DNA of 58,578 bases from a virus (IMGVR_UViG_3300008107_000057:1-58578); one strand, 5' to 3'. Shown: positions 1 to 9,817, numbered from the stretch's first letter. Notes: a model not told the origin generated them from the letters alone. Translations and numbers: made by a program.

Positions 1-426
1 GGTCCTAAATTTGGTGGCGGTGGAAGTAGTGAAGGTCCTAAATTTGGCAGCGGTTCAGCAGCAACTTCGGGTGCTGCAAGTGCAGTAGACTTCACTAATA
101 TGAGCCCGGAACAAGTTGCAGCCTATGCCTACAAGAATCAAAACGGAAGTCCAGCTACCGGAGGCAACGAAGCTAGCAGACGCGAAATGGAAAATAAAGC
201 CAAAGCAGAAGCTGAAATAAAAGAAAAAGCCGCAGAAGAAATTAAAAAGAAAAATGAATCACAGAAGTCCGGCAAGCCGCCAGAAAGTGCAGAGACCTTG
301 CTAGCGAGCTTAAATACTAAGATGGATCAACTAATCGTAATTAATCGAGGCGTACACTCACTTAATGATAAACAACTTACAGTACAACAAGGTCTTGGCA
401 GTGACGTATTTTCGTCACCCGTATAA
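1..426 (+). CDS. 3' end of a gene that starts upstream of the window; possibly a tape-measure or baseplate-hub-type virion protein
   Basis: Frame 1 is open from base 1 (GPKFGGGGSSEGPKFGSGSAATSG...) into the listed 100..426 ORF. The C-terminus looks coiled-coil-like, and the gene lies directly before the portal. Function is inferred from position only. Confidence 0.45.
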   Translation, partial: GPKFGGGGSSEGPKFGSGSAATSGAASAVDFTNMSPEQVAAYAYKNQNGSPATGGNEASRREMENKAKAEAEIKEKAAEEIKKKNESQKSGKPPESAETLLASLNTKMDQLIVINRGVHSLNDKQLTVQQGLGSDVFSSPV

Positions 427-438
427 TTTGGAAAATAT

Positions 439-2160
439 ATGAGCTGGAAAAAGCATTTTACACCTGTAAAAATTGATGGTACAAGCGGCACTTTTAGCCC
501 GCTAGGTAACGGCGGTGGTAAACCCGGACCGGCCCGTACTAACTATTCAAACTATCTACCAGACGTATATGCAGGTACGCCAAATCGTGTTGAGCGTTAT
601 CAACAATACAACACCATGGACATGGACAGTGAGATTAATGCTGCCCTTGATATCCTAGCAGAATTCTGCAGCCAAAAGAATAAAGAGAATACTACATCGT
701 TTCAAATATTTTTTAAAGGTGCACCAACAGCAACTGAAGTTAAACTATTAAAAGAAAGTCTACAGAAGTGGAACAAGATACAACAATTTGAAAATAGAGT
801 TTTTAGAATTGTTCGTAATACCTTTAAGTATGGCGATTGCTTTTTTGTACGAGATCCAGAAACACTTAAATGGTTCTATGTTGATCCAGCAAAGGTTACT
901 AAAGTTATTGTAAATGAAAGTGAAGGTAAGACACCTGAGCAGTATGTTATCCAGGACTTTAATTTTAACTTTAAAGATCTAGTAGCAACATCAATTCACC
1001 CAAACAATAATAGCAGTCCAGCAGGAGGTGGCGGTTATGTCACCGGTGGCGCCTTAGGTCGCGGCATGGTTGGCGCCGCCCCACAACAAACTGGTTCACG
1101 CTTTACCACAGGCACCAACGAAATTGCCATCGATGCTAAAAACGTGGTTCATATTAGTTTAAGTGAAGGTCTTGATAATAACTATCCTTTTGGCAACAGC
1201 CTGCTAGAAAGTGTTTTTAAAGTATATAAACAGAAAGAATTACTAGAAGATGCGATTATTATCTATCGTATACAACGTGCGCCAGAGCGCCGTATCTTTT
1301 ATATTGACGTTGGTAATATGCCAGCGCACATGGCCATGGGCTTTGTTGAACGTGTAAAAAACGAAATTCATCAAAGACGTATTCCTAGCTCAACCGGCGG
1401 ATCTTCTGCAATCGATGCTAGCTACAATCCATTAAGCATCAACGAAGACTACTTCTTTCCGCAGACAGCAGAAGGTCGCGGTAGTAAAGTTGATACACTG
1501 CCCGGCGGCACTAACCTAGGCGAAATCGATGACTTGAAGTATTTTACCAACAAGTTATTCCGCGCCTTGCGTATTCCAAGCAGCTATCTACCAACAGGTG
1601 CAGATGATAGTCAGCAGTCATTTAACGATGGCAAAGTAGGTACTGCATATATTCAAGAGCTAAGATTCAACGAGTATTGCAAACGTCTACAAAGCTTAAT
1701 GGTTGAAGAATTTGACTTAGAATTTAAACTTTGGATTGTAAAGCAAGGCATTAATATTGATAACAGCTTGTTTGAATTGAAGTTTAATCCACCGCAAAAC
1801 TTTGCTGCGTATCGTCAAAGCGAGCTGGATAATGCACGTATTAGTTCGTTTACTAGTCTACAAGAAGCTCCTTACATCAGTAAGCGTTTTGCATTAAAAC
1901 GTTTCTTAGGGCTAACGCAAGAAGAGATCACAGAAAACGAACGTATGTGGAAAGAAGAGAACGGTGGCAAGCTAACACCAAGTAATGATGCAGCGGGCGA
2001 TATGCGCTCAATGGGCATTACACCGGGCGGTATGAGTTCAGACATGGCAGATCAATCAGCAGAAGCTCCTCTAGATATGGCAGCAGCAGCTGAACCGGGC
2101 GCAGAGGGCGGCGAACCTCCACTACCAGACAGTGGCGCAACAACACCTCCACCGGCTTGA
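439..2160 (+). CDS. gp20: T4-like portal vertex protein
   Basis: 573 aa with gp20 hallmarks LLEDAIIIYRIQRAPERRIFYIDVGNMP, EDYFFP..EGRGSKVDTLPGG.NLGEIDD and LFRALRIPSSYL; first gene of the head module. Confidence 0.95.
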   Translation: MSWKKHFTPVKIDGTSGTFSPLGNGGGKPGPARTNYSNYLPDVYAGTPNRVERYQQYNTMDMDSEINAALDILAEFCSQKNKENTTSFQIFFKGAPTATEVKLLKESLQKWNKIQQFENRVFRIVRNTFKYGDCFFVRDPETLKWFYVDPAKVTKVIVNESEGKTPEQYVIQDFNFNFKDLVATSIHPNNNSSPAGGGGYVTGGALGRGMVGAAPQQTGSRFTTGTNEIAIDAKNVVHISLSEGLDNNYPFGNSLLESVFKVYKQKELLEDAIIIYRIQRAPERRIFYIDVGNMPAHMAMGFVERVKNEIHQRRIPSSTGGSSAIDASYNPLSINEDYFFPQTAEGRGSKVDTLPGGTNLGEIDDLKYFTNKLFRALRIPSSYLPTGADDSQQSFNDGKVGTAYIQELRFNEYCKRLQSLMVEEFDLEFKLWIVKQGINIDNSLFELKFNPPQNFAAYRQSELDNARISSFTSLQEAPYISKRFALKRFLGLTQEEITENERMWKEENGGKLTPSNDAAGDMRSMGITPGGMSSDMADQSAEAPLDMAAAAEPGAEGGEPPLPDSGATTPPPA

Positions 2161-2171
2161 TACAAATTGGC

Positions 2172-2177
2172 TAAATA
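2172..2177 (+). promoter_or_regulatory. T4-type late promoter core (TAAATA)
   Basis: Intergenic TAAATA, 6 nt before ATG 2184, with no SD. Confidence 0.6.
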
Positions 2178-2183
2178 CAAGAT

Positions 2184-2429
2184 ATGAAATTATTAGAGTT
2201 TTTCTACTTTAACGACAAGAGCAACAACTATACTATCGATCGTCGCTACGAGTCGAGTAATGACGTGTCTATTTTAGATCAAGAAGATACCCGTAAGATT
2301 AGACTTACATTCAAGCAAATTAATATGTTGCGTATGCAAAGCGAAGCACACGAAGCAGAGCAAGAATCCGAACTTGGTTTTATTAGACAGATGTATGGCC
2401 AGCCACCCGCAGAACAACAACCCCAATAA
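2184..2429 (+). CDS. small hypothetical head-module protein
   Basis: 81-aa ORF between portal and scaffold genes, preceded by TAAATA. Confidence 0.7.
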   Translation: MKLLEFFYFNDKSNNYTIDRRYESSNDVSILDQEDTRKIRLTFKQINMLRMQSEAHEAEQESELGFIRQMYGQPPAEQQPQ

Positions 2430-3021
2430 ACCCGCATTTGTACTAGGAAACGGCATCAGCAGACTTGTAGTTGATATCGCCGAATTGCAGCCGCACGGCA
2501 CAATTTTTGCCTGCAATGCTGTGTACAGAGAAGCAGAAGTCGATCATTTAGTAGCAGTAGATGTTAAGATGGTCAATGAAATTATTGCTGCTGGATATCA
2601 TAATACCAATAATGTTTGGACAAATCCAAACAAGGGCGTTCTAGAAACTTCAAATATTAACTTCTTTGACCCACATAAAGGCTGGAGCAGTGGGCCTACA
2701 GCACTATGGCTTGCAGCATCAATGGGACATAAAGACATCTATATTCTAGGATTTGACTTTGAAGGAGTTCAAGGCAAGTTTAATAACGTCTACGCAGATA
2801 CCTTTAATTACAAGAAAAGCTATGAGCCTCCTACATTCTTTGGTAATTGGGTATCTCAAACTGAAAAGATAGTTAGAGATTTTCAAGATGTAAAGTTCCA
2901 CAGACTGGTCGGAAAAAAGTTTATGACCCCCCCTGCATTTAGTTCTGGACTAAATAATTACAAGAACATTTCATATAACGAGTTATCAGAAAGATTTGCA
3001 ATAAATCTTAAAAAAGCCTGA
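2395..3021 (+). CDS. Maf/DUF115 (MptE-like) or sialyltransferase-fold protein
   Basis: Motifs AFVLGNGISR, IFACNAVYRE, DHLVAVD, GWSSGPTALWLA and IYILGFDF. ATG 2395 is preferred over the TTG at 2374. Confidence 0.6.
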   Translation: MASHPQNNNPNKPAFVLGNGISRLVVDIAELQPHGTIFACNAVYREAEVDHLVAVDVKMVNEIIAAGYHNTNNVWTNPNKGVLETSNINFFDPHKGWSSGPTALWLAASMGHKDIYILGFDFEGVQGKFNNVYADTFNYKKSYEPPTFFGNWVSQTEKIVRDFQDVKFHRLVGKKFMTPPAFSSGLNNYKNISYNELSERFAINLKKA

Positions 3022-3068
3022 AAACGATCAAAAAACTACTATATAACACCGAATTGTAATAATAGTAG

Positions 3069-3074
3069 TAAATA
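3069..3074 (+). promoter_or_regulatory. late promoter core TAAATA for the prohead operon
   Basis: Intergenic TAAATA, followed by an AAGGAG SD and ATG 3111. Confidence 0.6.
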
Positions 3075-3110
3075 ACTCGACAGCCAAATTAATACCCTAA
3101 GGAGACCAAC

Positions 3111-3959
3111 ATGGCGGATAAAACCACTATTGAGCAAATGCTCGAGCACCTAGTTAATGGTGAACAAGATAAAGCGGAAGAACTATTCCACGAATACGTT
3201 GTTGCGCAGTCACGCGAAATTTACGAAGGACTAATTGAGTCCGAAATGAGCGATGAAGAAGAAGAAGAAGCAAAAAAGAAACAACAAGAAGCAGTTGAAG
3301 AAGACTTCGAAGTAGCCGAAGGCGACGACGATGAAGAAGGCGACGATGGCGAAGAGTCAGATTCAACAGATAACCTATTAGGTAATCTAGCAGGTGAAGA
3401 AGATAGCGAAGATGAAGAAGGCATGGACGAGCCAGCAACTAAGCAAGACGTAGTTGACGGGTTTGACGAACTAATGTCTAAGTTTGACGAATTAGCAGCA
3501 GGTCTAGGCGGCGATCACGAAGAGCCAGACATGGATAACATGGGCGGACCAAGCGACATGGACGCTGACAACACGGGCATGGGCATGAAAGATGCATTCG
3601 AACCACAAATGGCTACTGTACGTGAATACGTAGAGAAAGTTGGTGCGGGCCATGGTGCTGAGAAGAAAGGCTCTGCTGAACAAGGTGGCGGCAATACAAA
3701 ATCAACTATCGACAACATGAAAAATGATATGGGCGGTACTGTTGCTAACACTGCTAGAGGCGGTGAAGGCAACGACAAAGGCACAGCAGGTGGTCTAGCT
3801 GGTAACAAAGCTAAAGAAGACAATGCTGGCAATATTAATGTTCCAGGCGGTAAAGCAGGTAATGCTTTCAATACAAAACAGCCAGGACACGGCGCTGAAA
3901 AGAAAGGCGCAGGCGAACAAGGTGGAGCGAACACTACAAGTTTGTTCCGCAATAAGTAA
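3111..3959 (+). CDS. acidic, low-complexity prohead core/scaffold-associated protein
   Basis: 282 aa, very D/E-rich N-half and Gly-rich C-half with duplicated GHGAEKKG; strong SD; immediately upstream of gp21, where T4 has its small core genes. Confidence 0.6.
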   Translation: MADKTTIEQMLEHLVNGEQDKAEELFHEYVVAQSREIYEGLIESEMSDEEEEEAKKKQQEAVEEDFEVAEGDDDEEGDDGEESDSTDNLLGNLAGEEDSEDEEGMDEPATKQDVVDGFDELMSKFDELAAGLGGDHEEPDMDNMGGPSDMDADNTGMGMKDAFEPQMATVREYVEKVGAGHGAEKKGSAEQGGGNTKSTIDNMKNDMGGTVANTARGGEGNDKGTAGGLAGNKAKEDNAGNINVPGGKAGNAFNTKQPGHGAEKKGAGEQGGANTTSLFRNK

Positions 3960-3972
3960 TCGGAGCCTTTAG

Positions 3973-4605
3973 GTGAAAAATTTCCTTAGTGAGCATCTGA
4001 GTTTTGACCAAGCTGGGCTGGTCCTTGAATCCTCTGACATAGATGGGAAGAAGACTCTGCATTTGAACGGTATCTGCATTCAAGGGGATATCCGTAACGC
4101 AAATCAGAGAATTTACCCTGTCTCCGAAATAGGTAGGGCTGTCAAAACCGTCAATGAACAGATTGCAGGTGGTTACTCAGTACTAGGAGAAGTTGATCAT
4201 CCTGCGGATCTACGCATTAATTTGGATCGAGTCAGCCACATGCTAACAAAGATGTGGATGGATGGTCCAAATGGTTATGGAAAATTAAAGATTCTACCAA
4301 CTCCTATGGGACAACTTATTTCAACCATGTTGGAGAGTGGAGTCAAACTTGGCGTATCAAGCAGAGGTTCCGGTAATGTTTCCGATGATGGTAGTGGAAA
4401 GGTGAGCGAATTTGAAATTATCACAGTTGATATCGTAGCTCAACCTTCCGCCCCGGGAGCTTACCCAACACCAGTTTATGAACACATTATGAATCAAACA
4501 GGCGGATATAACGCATTTAAAATAGCACAGGAAGTACAAGGCGATCCAAAGGCACAGAAATACATAGCAGAAAGTCTCAAGAAAATCATCTTGGGACTCA
4601 AATAA
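3973..4605 (+). CDS. gp21: prohead core protein protease
   Basis: GICIQGDIRNANQRIYP, LGEVDHP, RVSH, LGVSSRGSG (catalytic Ser region) and DIVAQPSAPGAY; GTG start. Confidence 0.92.
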   Translation: MKNFLSEHLSFDQAGLVLESSDIDGKKTLHLNGICIQGDIRNANQRIYPVSEIGRAVKTVNEQIAGGYSVLGEVDHPADLRINLDRVSHMLTKMWMDGPNGYGKLKILPTPMGQLISTMLESGVKLGVSSRGSGNVSDDGSGKVSEFEIITVDIVAQPSAPGAYPTPVYEHIMNQTGGYNAFKIAQEVQGDPKAQKYIAESLKKIILGLK

Positions 4606-4620
4606 CAGTAGGAGAATCAC

Positions 4621-5712
4621 ATGCTAGATTTTGTAAAACAATTATTTGAAAACAATGTGATTTCCGAAGAGATGAAATCGGAAATTGAACAAGCTTGGCA
4701 GACGAGAATTCAAGAAAGCCGAGATCAAGTTACAGCAGAACTACGTGAAGAGTTTGCTCAGAAGTATGAGCATGACAAGTCAGCAATGGTTGAAGCAGTT
4801 GAGTCAATGTTGCAAGACCGGTTACACGCTGAGCTTTCAGAGCTTGCAGAAGATCGTCAAGGTCTAATCGAAGCAAAAGCACAGTATAAGAGAAAAATGA
4901 AAGACGATGCTAAGAAAATGGAAAGCTTTGTTCTCCAAAAATTAGTTTCTGAACTTTCTGAACTTCATGAAGATCGCAGAAGTGTCGCAGCAAACGTTGC
5001 CAAGTTAGAATCATTTATCGTGGATGCACTAGCCAAAGAAATAGCAGAATTCCACACCGATAAGAAAGATCTAGCTGAAACCAAAGTTAAATTAGTTCGC
5101 GAAAGCAGAGCTAAATTTGAAACAGTTAAGAAGCAATTCGTAACTCAATCAGCAACTTTAGTTAAAGAAGCCGTATCTAAAACGCTACGTGCCGAAATGG
5201 GACAACTAAAAGAAGACATTGAACTTGCTCGCAAAAACGACTTCGGTCGTCGTATCTTCGAATCATTTGCTAGCGAATATGCAGCAAGCCACCTAAACGA
5301 AAGAAGCGAAACTTCTAAACTATTAAAAGTAGTTAATCAGAAGCAAGTTGAACTCGAAGAGGCAGCTAAGATTGTTGCAGATCATCAAAAAATCGTTGAA
5401 AGTAAAGACAGAGAACTTCGCATTGCGAAAGATCTTGCGTCCCGTAAAGACATTATGAGTGAACTTTTAGGACCTCTAACTGGAGACAAGCGTACAGTAA
5501 TGAACGAGTTGCTAGAATCAGTGGCAACAGATAAACTTCGCGTAGCATACGACAAGTATGTGCCTGCTGTAATGGCCGGTGACGCACCAAAGAAAAAAGC
5601 ATTAACAGAATCAACAGAAATCACAGGCAATAAACAGGCACATCAAATCAGCAGTGGGGAAAAAACTGCTGAGATATTCACAATCCGCAAGCTTGCGGGA
5701 CTTAAAGTTTAA
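4621..5712 (+). CDS. gp22: prohead core scaffolding protein
   Basis: 363-aa Glu/Lys-rich coiled coil between gp21 and gp23, with GRRIFESF motif and AGGAG SD. Confidence 0.8.
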   Translation: MLDFVKQLFENNVISEEMKSEIEQAWQTRIQESRDQVTAELREEFAQKYEHDKSAMVEAVESMLQDRLHAELSELAEDRQGLIEAKAQYKRKMKDDAKKMESFVLQKLVSELSELHEDRRSVAANVAKLESFIVDALAKEIAEFHTDKKDLAETKVKLVRESRAKFETVKKQFVTQSATLVKEAVSKTLRAEMGQLKEDIELARKNDFGRRIFESFASEYAASHLNERSETSKLLKVVNQKQVELEEAAKIVADHQKIVESKDRELRIAKDLASRKDIMSELLGPLTGDKRTVMNELLESVATDKLRVAYDKYVPAVMAGDAPKKKALTESTEITGNKQAHQISSGEKTAEIFTIRKLAGLKV

Positions 5713-5723
5713 GGAGAACTAAT

Positions 5724-6893
5724 ATGTCAGAACTACTCGAATCGCGCTGGTCAGAAACCAAAGAGGCTCTATTAGAAGGCCTACAAGGTACAAAGCGCAC
5801 AGTAATGGCAACTACTCTTGAAAATACCCGTAAGTATTTGTCTGAGAGTGCCACAGCAGGTGCAACTTCCGCTGGAAACGTTGCAACATTAAACCGCGTA
5901 ATTTTACCGGTTATTCGTCGTGTCATGCCAACCGTTATTGCTAACGAATTGGTAGGTGTTCAGCCAATGACAGGACCAGTTGGTCAAATTCATACTCTAC
6001 GTGTTCGTTATGCAGATAGCGGAAACGGTGTTGTAGCTGGTGAAGAAGCATTCAGTCCATTCAAGATTGCTGCTGCTTACTCTGGTAACGATACAGATGC
6101 TACACCTAAAGCTAACTCAACAGCTAGCCTAGAAGGTCAAGCAGGTAAGCGTATGTCTATTCAAATCTTGAAACAGACAGTCGAAGCTAAGACACGTAAA
6201 TTGTCAGCTCGCTGGACGTTTGAAGCTGCTCAAGATGCACAAGCCCAACAAGGCATTGACATCGAAGCAGAAATCATGGCTGCTTTAGCACAAGAAATTA
6301 CTGCTGAAATCGACCAAGAAGTATTGGCTTCGTTGCGTTCGTTAGCTGGTACAGCTACACAAACTTACAACCAAGCTGCTGTATCTGGTACTGCTACATT
6401 CGTTGGTGACGAACACGCTGCTCTAGCTGTTCAAATCAATCGTGTTGCAAACTTGATCGCACAACGTACACGTCGTGGTGCAGGTAACTATGCTGTGGTT
6501 TCTCCACTAGCATTGACAATCCTACAATCCGCTACAACTTCTGCTTTTGCTCGCACTACAGAAGGTACTTTCGAAGCACCTACAAACACTAAGTTTGTTG
6601 GTACATTGAACAGTGCAATGCGTGTTTATGTTGACGGTTATGCTGCTGATAGCACATCCGTACTAGTTGGTTACAAAGGTTCTAGTGAATCTGATGCTCC
6701 AGCATTCTATTGCCCATACATTCCATTGATGAGCAGTGGTGTTGTATTGGACCCATCAACATTCGAACCAGTAGTTAGCTTCATGACACGTTATGGTTAT
6801 GTTGAGTTAACAAACACAGCTAGCTCATTGGGCAATGCTGCTGACTACCTAGGTAAGGTTGACATCACTGACGGTAACGTTAAATTCAGCTAA
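5724..6893 (+). CDS. gp23: major capsid protein
   Basis: VIRRVMPTVIANELVGVQPMTGPVGQI, VEAKTRKLSARWTFEAAQD, FYCPYIPL and SFMTRYG; strong codon bias; AAGGAG SD. Confidence 0.96.
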   Translation: MSELLESRWSETKEALLEGLQGTKRTVMATTLENTRKYLSESATAGATSAGNVATLNRVILPVIRRVMPTVIANELVGVQPMTGPVGQIHTLRVRYADSGNGVVAGEEAFSPFKIAAAYSGNDTDATPKANSTASLEGQAGKRMSIQILKQTVEAKTRKLSARWTFEAAQDAQAQQGIDIEAEIMAALAQEITAEIDQEVLASLRSLAGTATQTYNQAAVSGTATFVGDEHAALAVQINRVANLIAQRTRRGAGNYAVVSPLALTILQSATTSAFARTTEGTFEAPTNTKFVGTLNSAMRVYVDGYAADSTSVLVGYKGSSESDAPAFYCPYIPLMSSGVVLDPSTFEPVVSFMTRYGYVELTNTASSLGNAADYLGKVDITDGNVKFS

Positions 6894-6919
6894 TCAAATC
6901 TTTGGTTTAGAAGAAATTC

Positions 6920-6947
6920 AAAAAGGCCCTTTGGGGCCTTTTTGTTT
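6920..6947 (+). terminator. rho-independent terminator after the major capsid gene
   Basis: AAAAAGGCCC-TTTG-GGGCCTTTTT hairpin followed by a U-tract. Confidence 0.85.
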
Positions 6948-6961
6948 GACTTAAATATCCC

Positions 6962-7231
6962 ATGAAGGTTGAAACAGAACACGACTTTAAAGAATTAAGG
7001 AAACACCTAGATAGTTGGCGTAAAAAATTTCCTATGTTCAAACACGATGTGTATCAAATAGAACACATTGTAGAAAAGCATATTCAAAACTATAGCATTA
7101 TAATGGTGCAATACAGACAGACTAAAAGTCGAGCATGTATTGAAAAAGCGCAGCACGAGATAGATGAAATTAATCGAGTTTTAGAGCTTGTGGGTAAAAT
7201 GGAACTCATGGCATTACTTTCCCAAAGATAA
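6962..7231 (+). CDS. hypothetical helical protein (probably leaderless)
   Basis: 89-aa ORF; TAAATA at 6952-6957 is 4 nt before the ATG. Confidence 0.7.
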   Translation: MKVETEHDFKELRKHLDSWRKKFPMFKHDVYQIEHIVEKHIQNYSIIMVQYRQTKSRACIEKAQHEIDEINRVLELVGKMELMALLSQR

Positions 7232-7238
7232 ATACATT

Positions 7239-7305
7239 GTCTAAATGAGCGCCGCAGCCTGCGGACTTATGCTGTAACCCACAGCGTAGACCTAAAACGT
7301 CAAAT
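7239..7305 (+). ncRNA. candidate structured 5' leader RNA
   Basis: Follows TAAATA (7229-7234). Hairpins CCGCA-GCC-TGCGG (7252-7264) and TATGCTGT-AACCC-ACAGCGTA (7268-7288); GC-richer than other intergenic DNA. Confidence 0.4.
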
Positions 7306-7318
7306 TAAGGAGAATCAA

Positions 7319-7702
7319 ATGGGACGTCCATTAAGAACAGATATAAATGGTGTTGATGTACTAAACACCTACGCAGCAGCAAATACCGGTATTAGAATTG
7401 AATTCCATGACGGTACAGCACTAAGAACAGACGGTATTCTAATCAAACAACGCGGTGCAAAAACATTCGTAGTTGCAAGAATCGGAACTCCAACAGTACT
7501 AACTACCGCAGTTGTAAAAAACGGCGCACCGAGTGCCAATGGCGAAATGAGATTGTTTGGTTACATTGGTGGCAATGGTACATCTGCAACTAACATTGCT
7601 AAAATTACCAAACGTGTTGCAACTGACTTCAGTGGCAATCGCTACACATGGGTACTAGCAAACGATTCTTCAAACGACTACATCGTGCTAACAGCAATCT
7701 AA
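7319..7702 (+). CDS. small putative virion structural protein
   Basis: 127 aa, AAGGAG SD, first gene of the appendage cluster, beta-rich composition. Confidence 0.6.
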   Translation: MGRPLRTDINGVDVLNTYAAANTGIRIEFHDGTALRTDGILIKQRGAKTFVVARIGTPTVLTTAVVKNGAPSANGEMRLFGYIGGNGTSATNIAKITKRVATDFSGNRYTWVLANDSSNDYIVLTAI

Positions 7703-7714
7703 ACGAGATAAACT

Positions 7715-8686
7715 ATGTCACAAGTTGTTCAAACTAACGGCAATTACACACTTAAGACGGTCCGTGCTGGTGTTATTAGATTAGACACTGGCCCGGGCGT
7801 TGGTGAAACAAGAATCACTGGTAACTTAGTAGTTGACGGCGTTACTGTAACTGTTGATGCAGAAAACATCGACATTAAAGATAATGTTATCACGCTAAAC
7901 TACGGTGAACTTGCCAACGGCGTTAGTCTACAATATTCGGGCATAGAAATAGATCGGGGGTTTAGCGGTGGTATTGCTAACCCTCGAGCTTCTCTAGTTT
8001 TTAATGAGCTAACAGATACATTCGAAGTTGCTAAAAAAACAGGGTCAGGTGTTTATAATTTCTTTGACAGTGCTATTAAAACCAGATATGTCAAAACAGA
8101 CGGGGCGACTGATCGAGGCGACCTTGGATTAATTAATACCGGTATTGGTGTTGTTAAAGTCACAGGCACCACAGATTACCTCAACGAAATATTATTAAGA
8201 ACTGCTGAGAATTCAGTAACGGCCAGAGATATTTTAGCCAACAAAGCCTACGTTGATTATGCAGTATTGAATAACCCAACATACTTCGTTGAAGATGACG
8301 ATACTCGCGTAGTTGCAGCAGATACTACAATTCATGGTAATGGCGGCCCAAGTAGAGTATTGGTTCAGATTGATAACAACACAAGAGCAACATTCTATGA
8401 TGATAGAATGACATTGTTTAATATTGATATCAGTGATAGAAAAATTGCCGCACGAAATACAAACGATAGCATTGCCATTGAAGCCAATGGCACTGGCAAG
8501 GTTACAATTAATGCACCATTGCAAATGGAAAATCAAAGTTTTGTTCCAGCAGCAGTGTCGCTTAATACAATCGTATATTCAGGAACACCCGGCACAGGTA
8601 AATCGGGAGTGTTTTTTGTAAACACCACCGAGAGTGCAGAATTAACAAACAAAAACAGAGCATTGCTGTGGAGCATACTCTTTTAA
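7715..8686 (+). CDS. putative tail fibre/virion structural protein
   Basis: ITGNLVVDG.T....IKDNVITLN and SGIEIDRG motifs, NKAYVDY, and a hydrophobic C-terminus (ALLWSILF). Confidence 0.6.
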   Translation: MSQVVQTNGNYTLKTVRAGVIRLDTGPGVGETRITGNLVVDGVTVTVDAENIDIKDNVITLNYGELANGVSLQYSGIEIDRGFSGGIANPRASLVFNELTDTFEVAKKTGSGVYNFFDSAIKTRYVKTDGATDRGDLGLINTGIGVVKVTGTTDYLNEILLRTAENSVTARDILANKAYVDYAVLNNPTYFVEDDDTRVVAADTTIHGNGGPSRVLVQIDNNTRATFYDDRMTLFNIDISDRKIAARNTNDSIAIEANGTGKVTINAPLQMENQSFVPAAVSLNTIVYSGTPGTGKSGVFFVNTTESAELTNKNRALLWSILF

Positions 8687-8699
8687 CGGATAAAAACAA

Positions 8700-9284
8700 A
8701 TGATTCAATCTACATTGCTACTCGCTGGTTTCGACCAAACAATTTACACAAGTGCAAATACCAATGCAATTACAACCATGGTATTTTGTAATACTGCGAC
8801 ACCAGATGCTTCGGACGAATCAGTTAGAGCAGTTTCATTACAGGTGCATTTAGTTAAAGCGACTAAAACTAAAAACTTTTCAAATACTATTATTAAAAAT
8901 CTTGTTATTCCAGCAGGGGAAACATTATTCTTTGATACAGAACGTGTTGTTCTAGACAATGGTGATAGCATGATTGCAACCACCACTGGTGCAAACAGAA
9001 CAGCTTCGATTACCCTTATCACAACAGCCGCCCAGGCAGTAGTAACAGCAGCAGGTCATTTGTTAGAAGTTGGAAACTATATTAGTATTTCCGGAGTAAG
9101 TGGTATAGTAAACAATAGTAATCCTGCATTATCTATTAATGGCGGAACATATCAAGTTACTCAAATTAATAGTGGTAATGAATTTGTTATTAACTTTAAC
9201 AGCACAGGTTACACGCCATATACATCCGGTGGAATATTTGAGTCCGGGCATCTTGCTGCCACGGTGAGTACATTAACAGTATGA
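8700..9284 (+). CDS. virion beta-sandwich adaptor-like protein with an added HxL.xG domain
   Basis: N-half resembles 12934..13263 (TMVFCN...IIKNLVIPAGETL...ERVVL). C-half has GHLLEVGNYISISGV, like the repeats in 17066. Confidence 0.5.
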   Translation: MIQSTLLLAGFDQTIYTSANTNAITTMVFCNTATPDASDESVRAVSLQVHLVKATKTKNFSNTIIKNLVIPAGETLFFDTERVVLDNGDSMIATTTGANRTASITLITTAAQAVVTAAGHLLEVGNYISISGVSGIVNNSNPALSINGGTYQVTQINSGNEFVINFNSTGYTPYTSGGIFESGHLAATVSTLTV

Positions 9285-9799
9285 AATTCTTAAAAACTAA
9301 AAACATTTCTAAATTTAGTGTAAGCGATAATGCTTACATTCAATATCCATCTGGTAGAATTGTTATTGACTCTACTAATAGTTTAAAGGTTCCTAAAGGC
9401 ACTACTGCACAACAACCACAGAGTAGTCTAGTAACTGGTGGTATGGTTCGATACAACACCAGTTCTGGCACAGGTGCTAATCCTGCTGCTACTGCGATTG
9501 GTCTAGAAATATACCACGACGGTGCATGGAGAACAGTTCGTTTAAAAGGTCCGTCGACTATCACTAAACAAACACTCGGTCCTGGTAATAATTCTGAAAC
9601 TAAATTTGGTCCAATGACTTTTGTACCAGCTAGTGCTGACAATATTATTGTATTGGTTGAAAACGTTATTCAAATTTCAACTACAAACTTTACATTGGTT
9701 ACTAATCCAGTTGGCTATGCCACCGGAACATACATTAACTTTCTTTCATCGGTACCAACAGGCAAAGAGATCACAGTTTATTACGGCTTCGATCAGTAA
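9281..9799 (+). CDS. putative tail fibre-associated protein
   Basis: VPKGTTAQQP...GMVRYNT..LEIY.DG.W motif shared with the downstream fibre genes; ATGA-coupled to the upstream gene. Confidence 0.55.
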   Translation: MKFLKTKNISKFSVSDNAYIQYPSGRIVIDSTNSLKVPKGTTAQQPQSSLVTGGMVRYNTSSGTGANPAATAIGLEIYHDGAWRTVRLKGPSTITKQTLGPGNNSETKFGPMTFVPASADNIIVLVENVIQISTTNFTLVTNPVGYATGTYINFLSSVPTGKEITVYYGFDQ

Positions 9800-9817
9800 T
9801 AACTAACAGGAGCGGCA

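Noticed and set aside
1-60. Direct repeat GGTCCTAAATTTGG at 1 and 34 as a possible CRISPR or att repeat
   Set aside because: Only two copies, 33 nt apart and in frame, encoding a GPKFG peptide repeat.
3035-3069. Inverted repeat ACTACTAT/ATAGTAGT abutting the late promoter
   Set aside because: Only 8 AT-rich bp with a 19-nt spacer; plausible by chance.
3154-3952. Antisense ORFs over the acidic scaffold gene, and the many other short antisense or alternate-frame ORFs in the track
   Set aside because: They are shadow ORFs caused by the codon bias and low complexity of the real genes, with no SD or promoter and no recognisable motifs.
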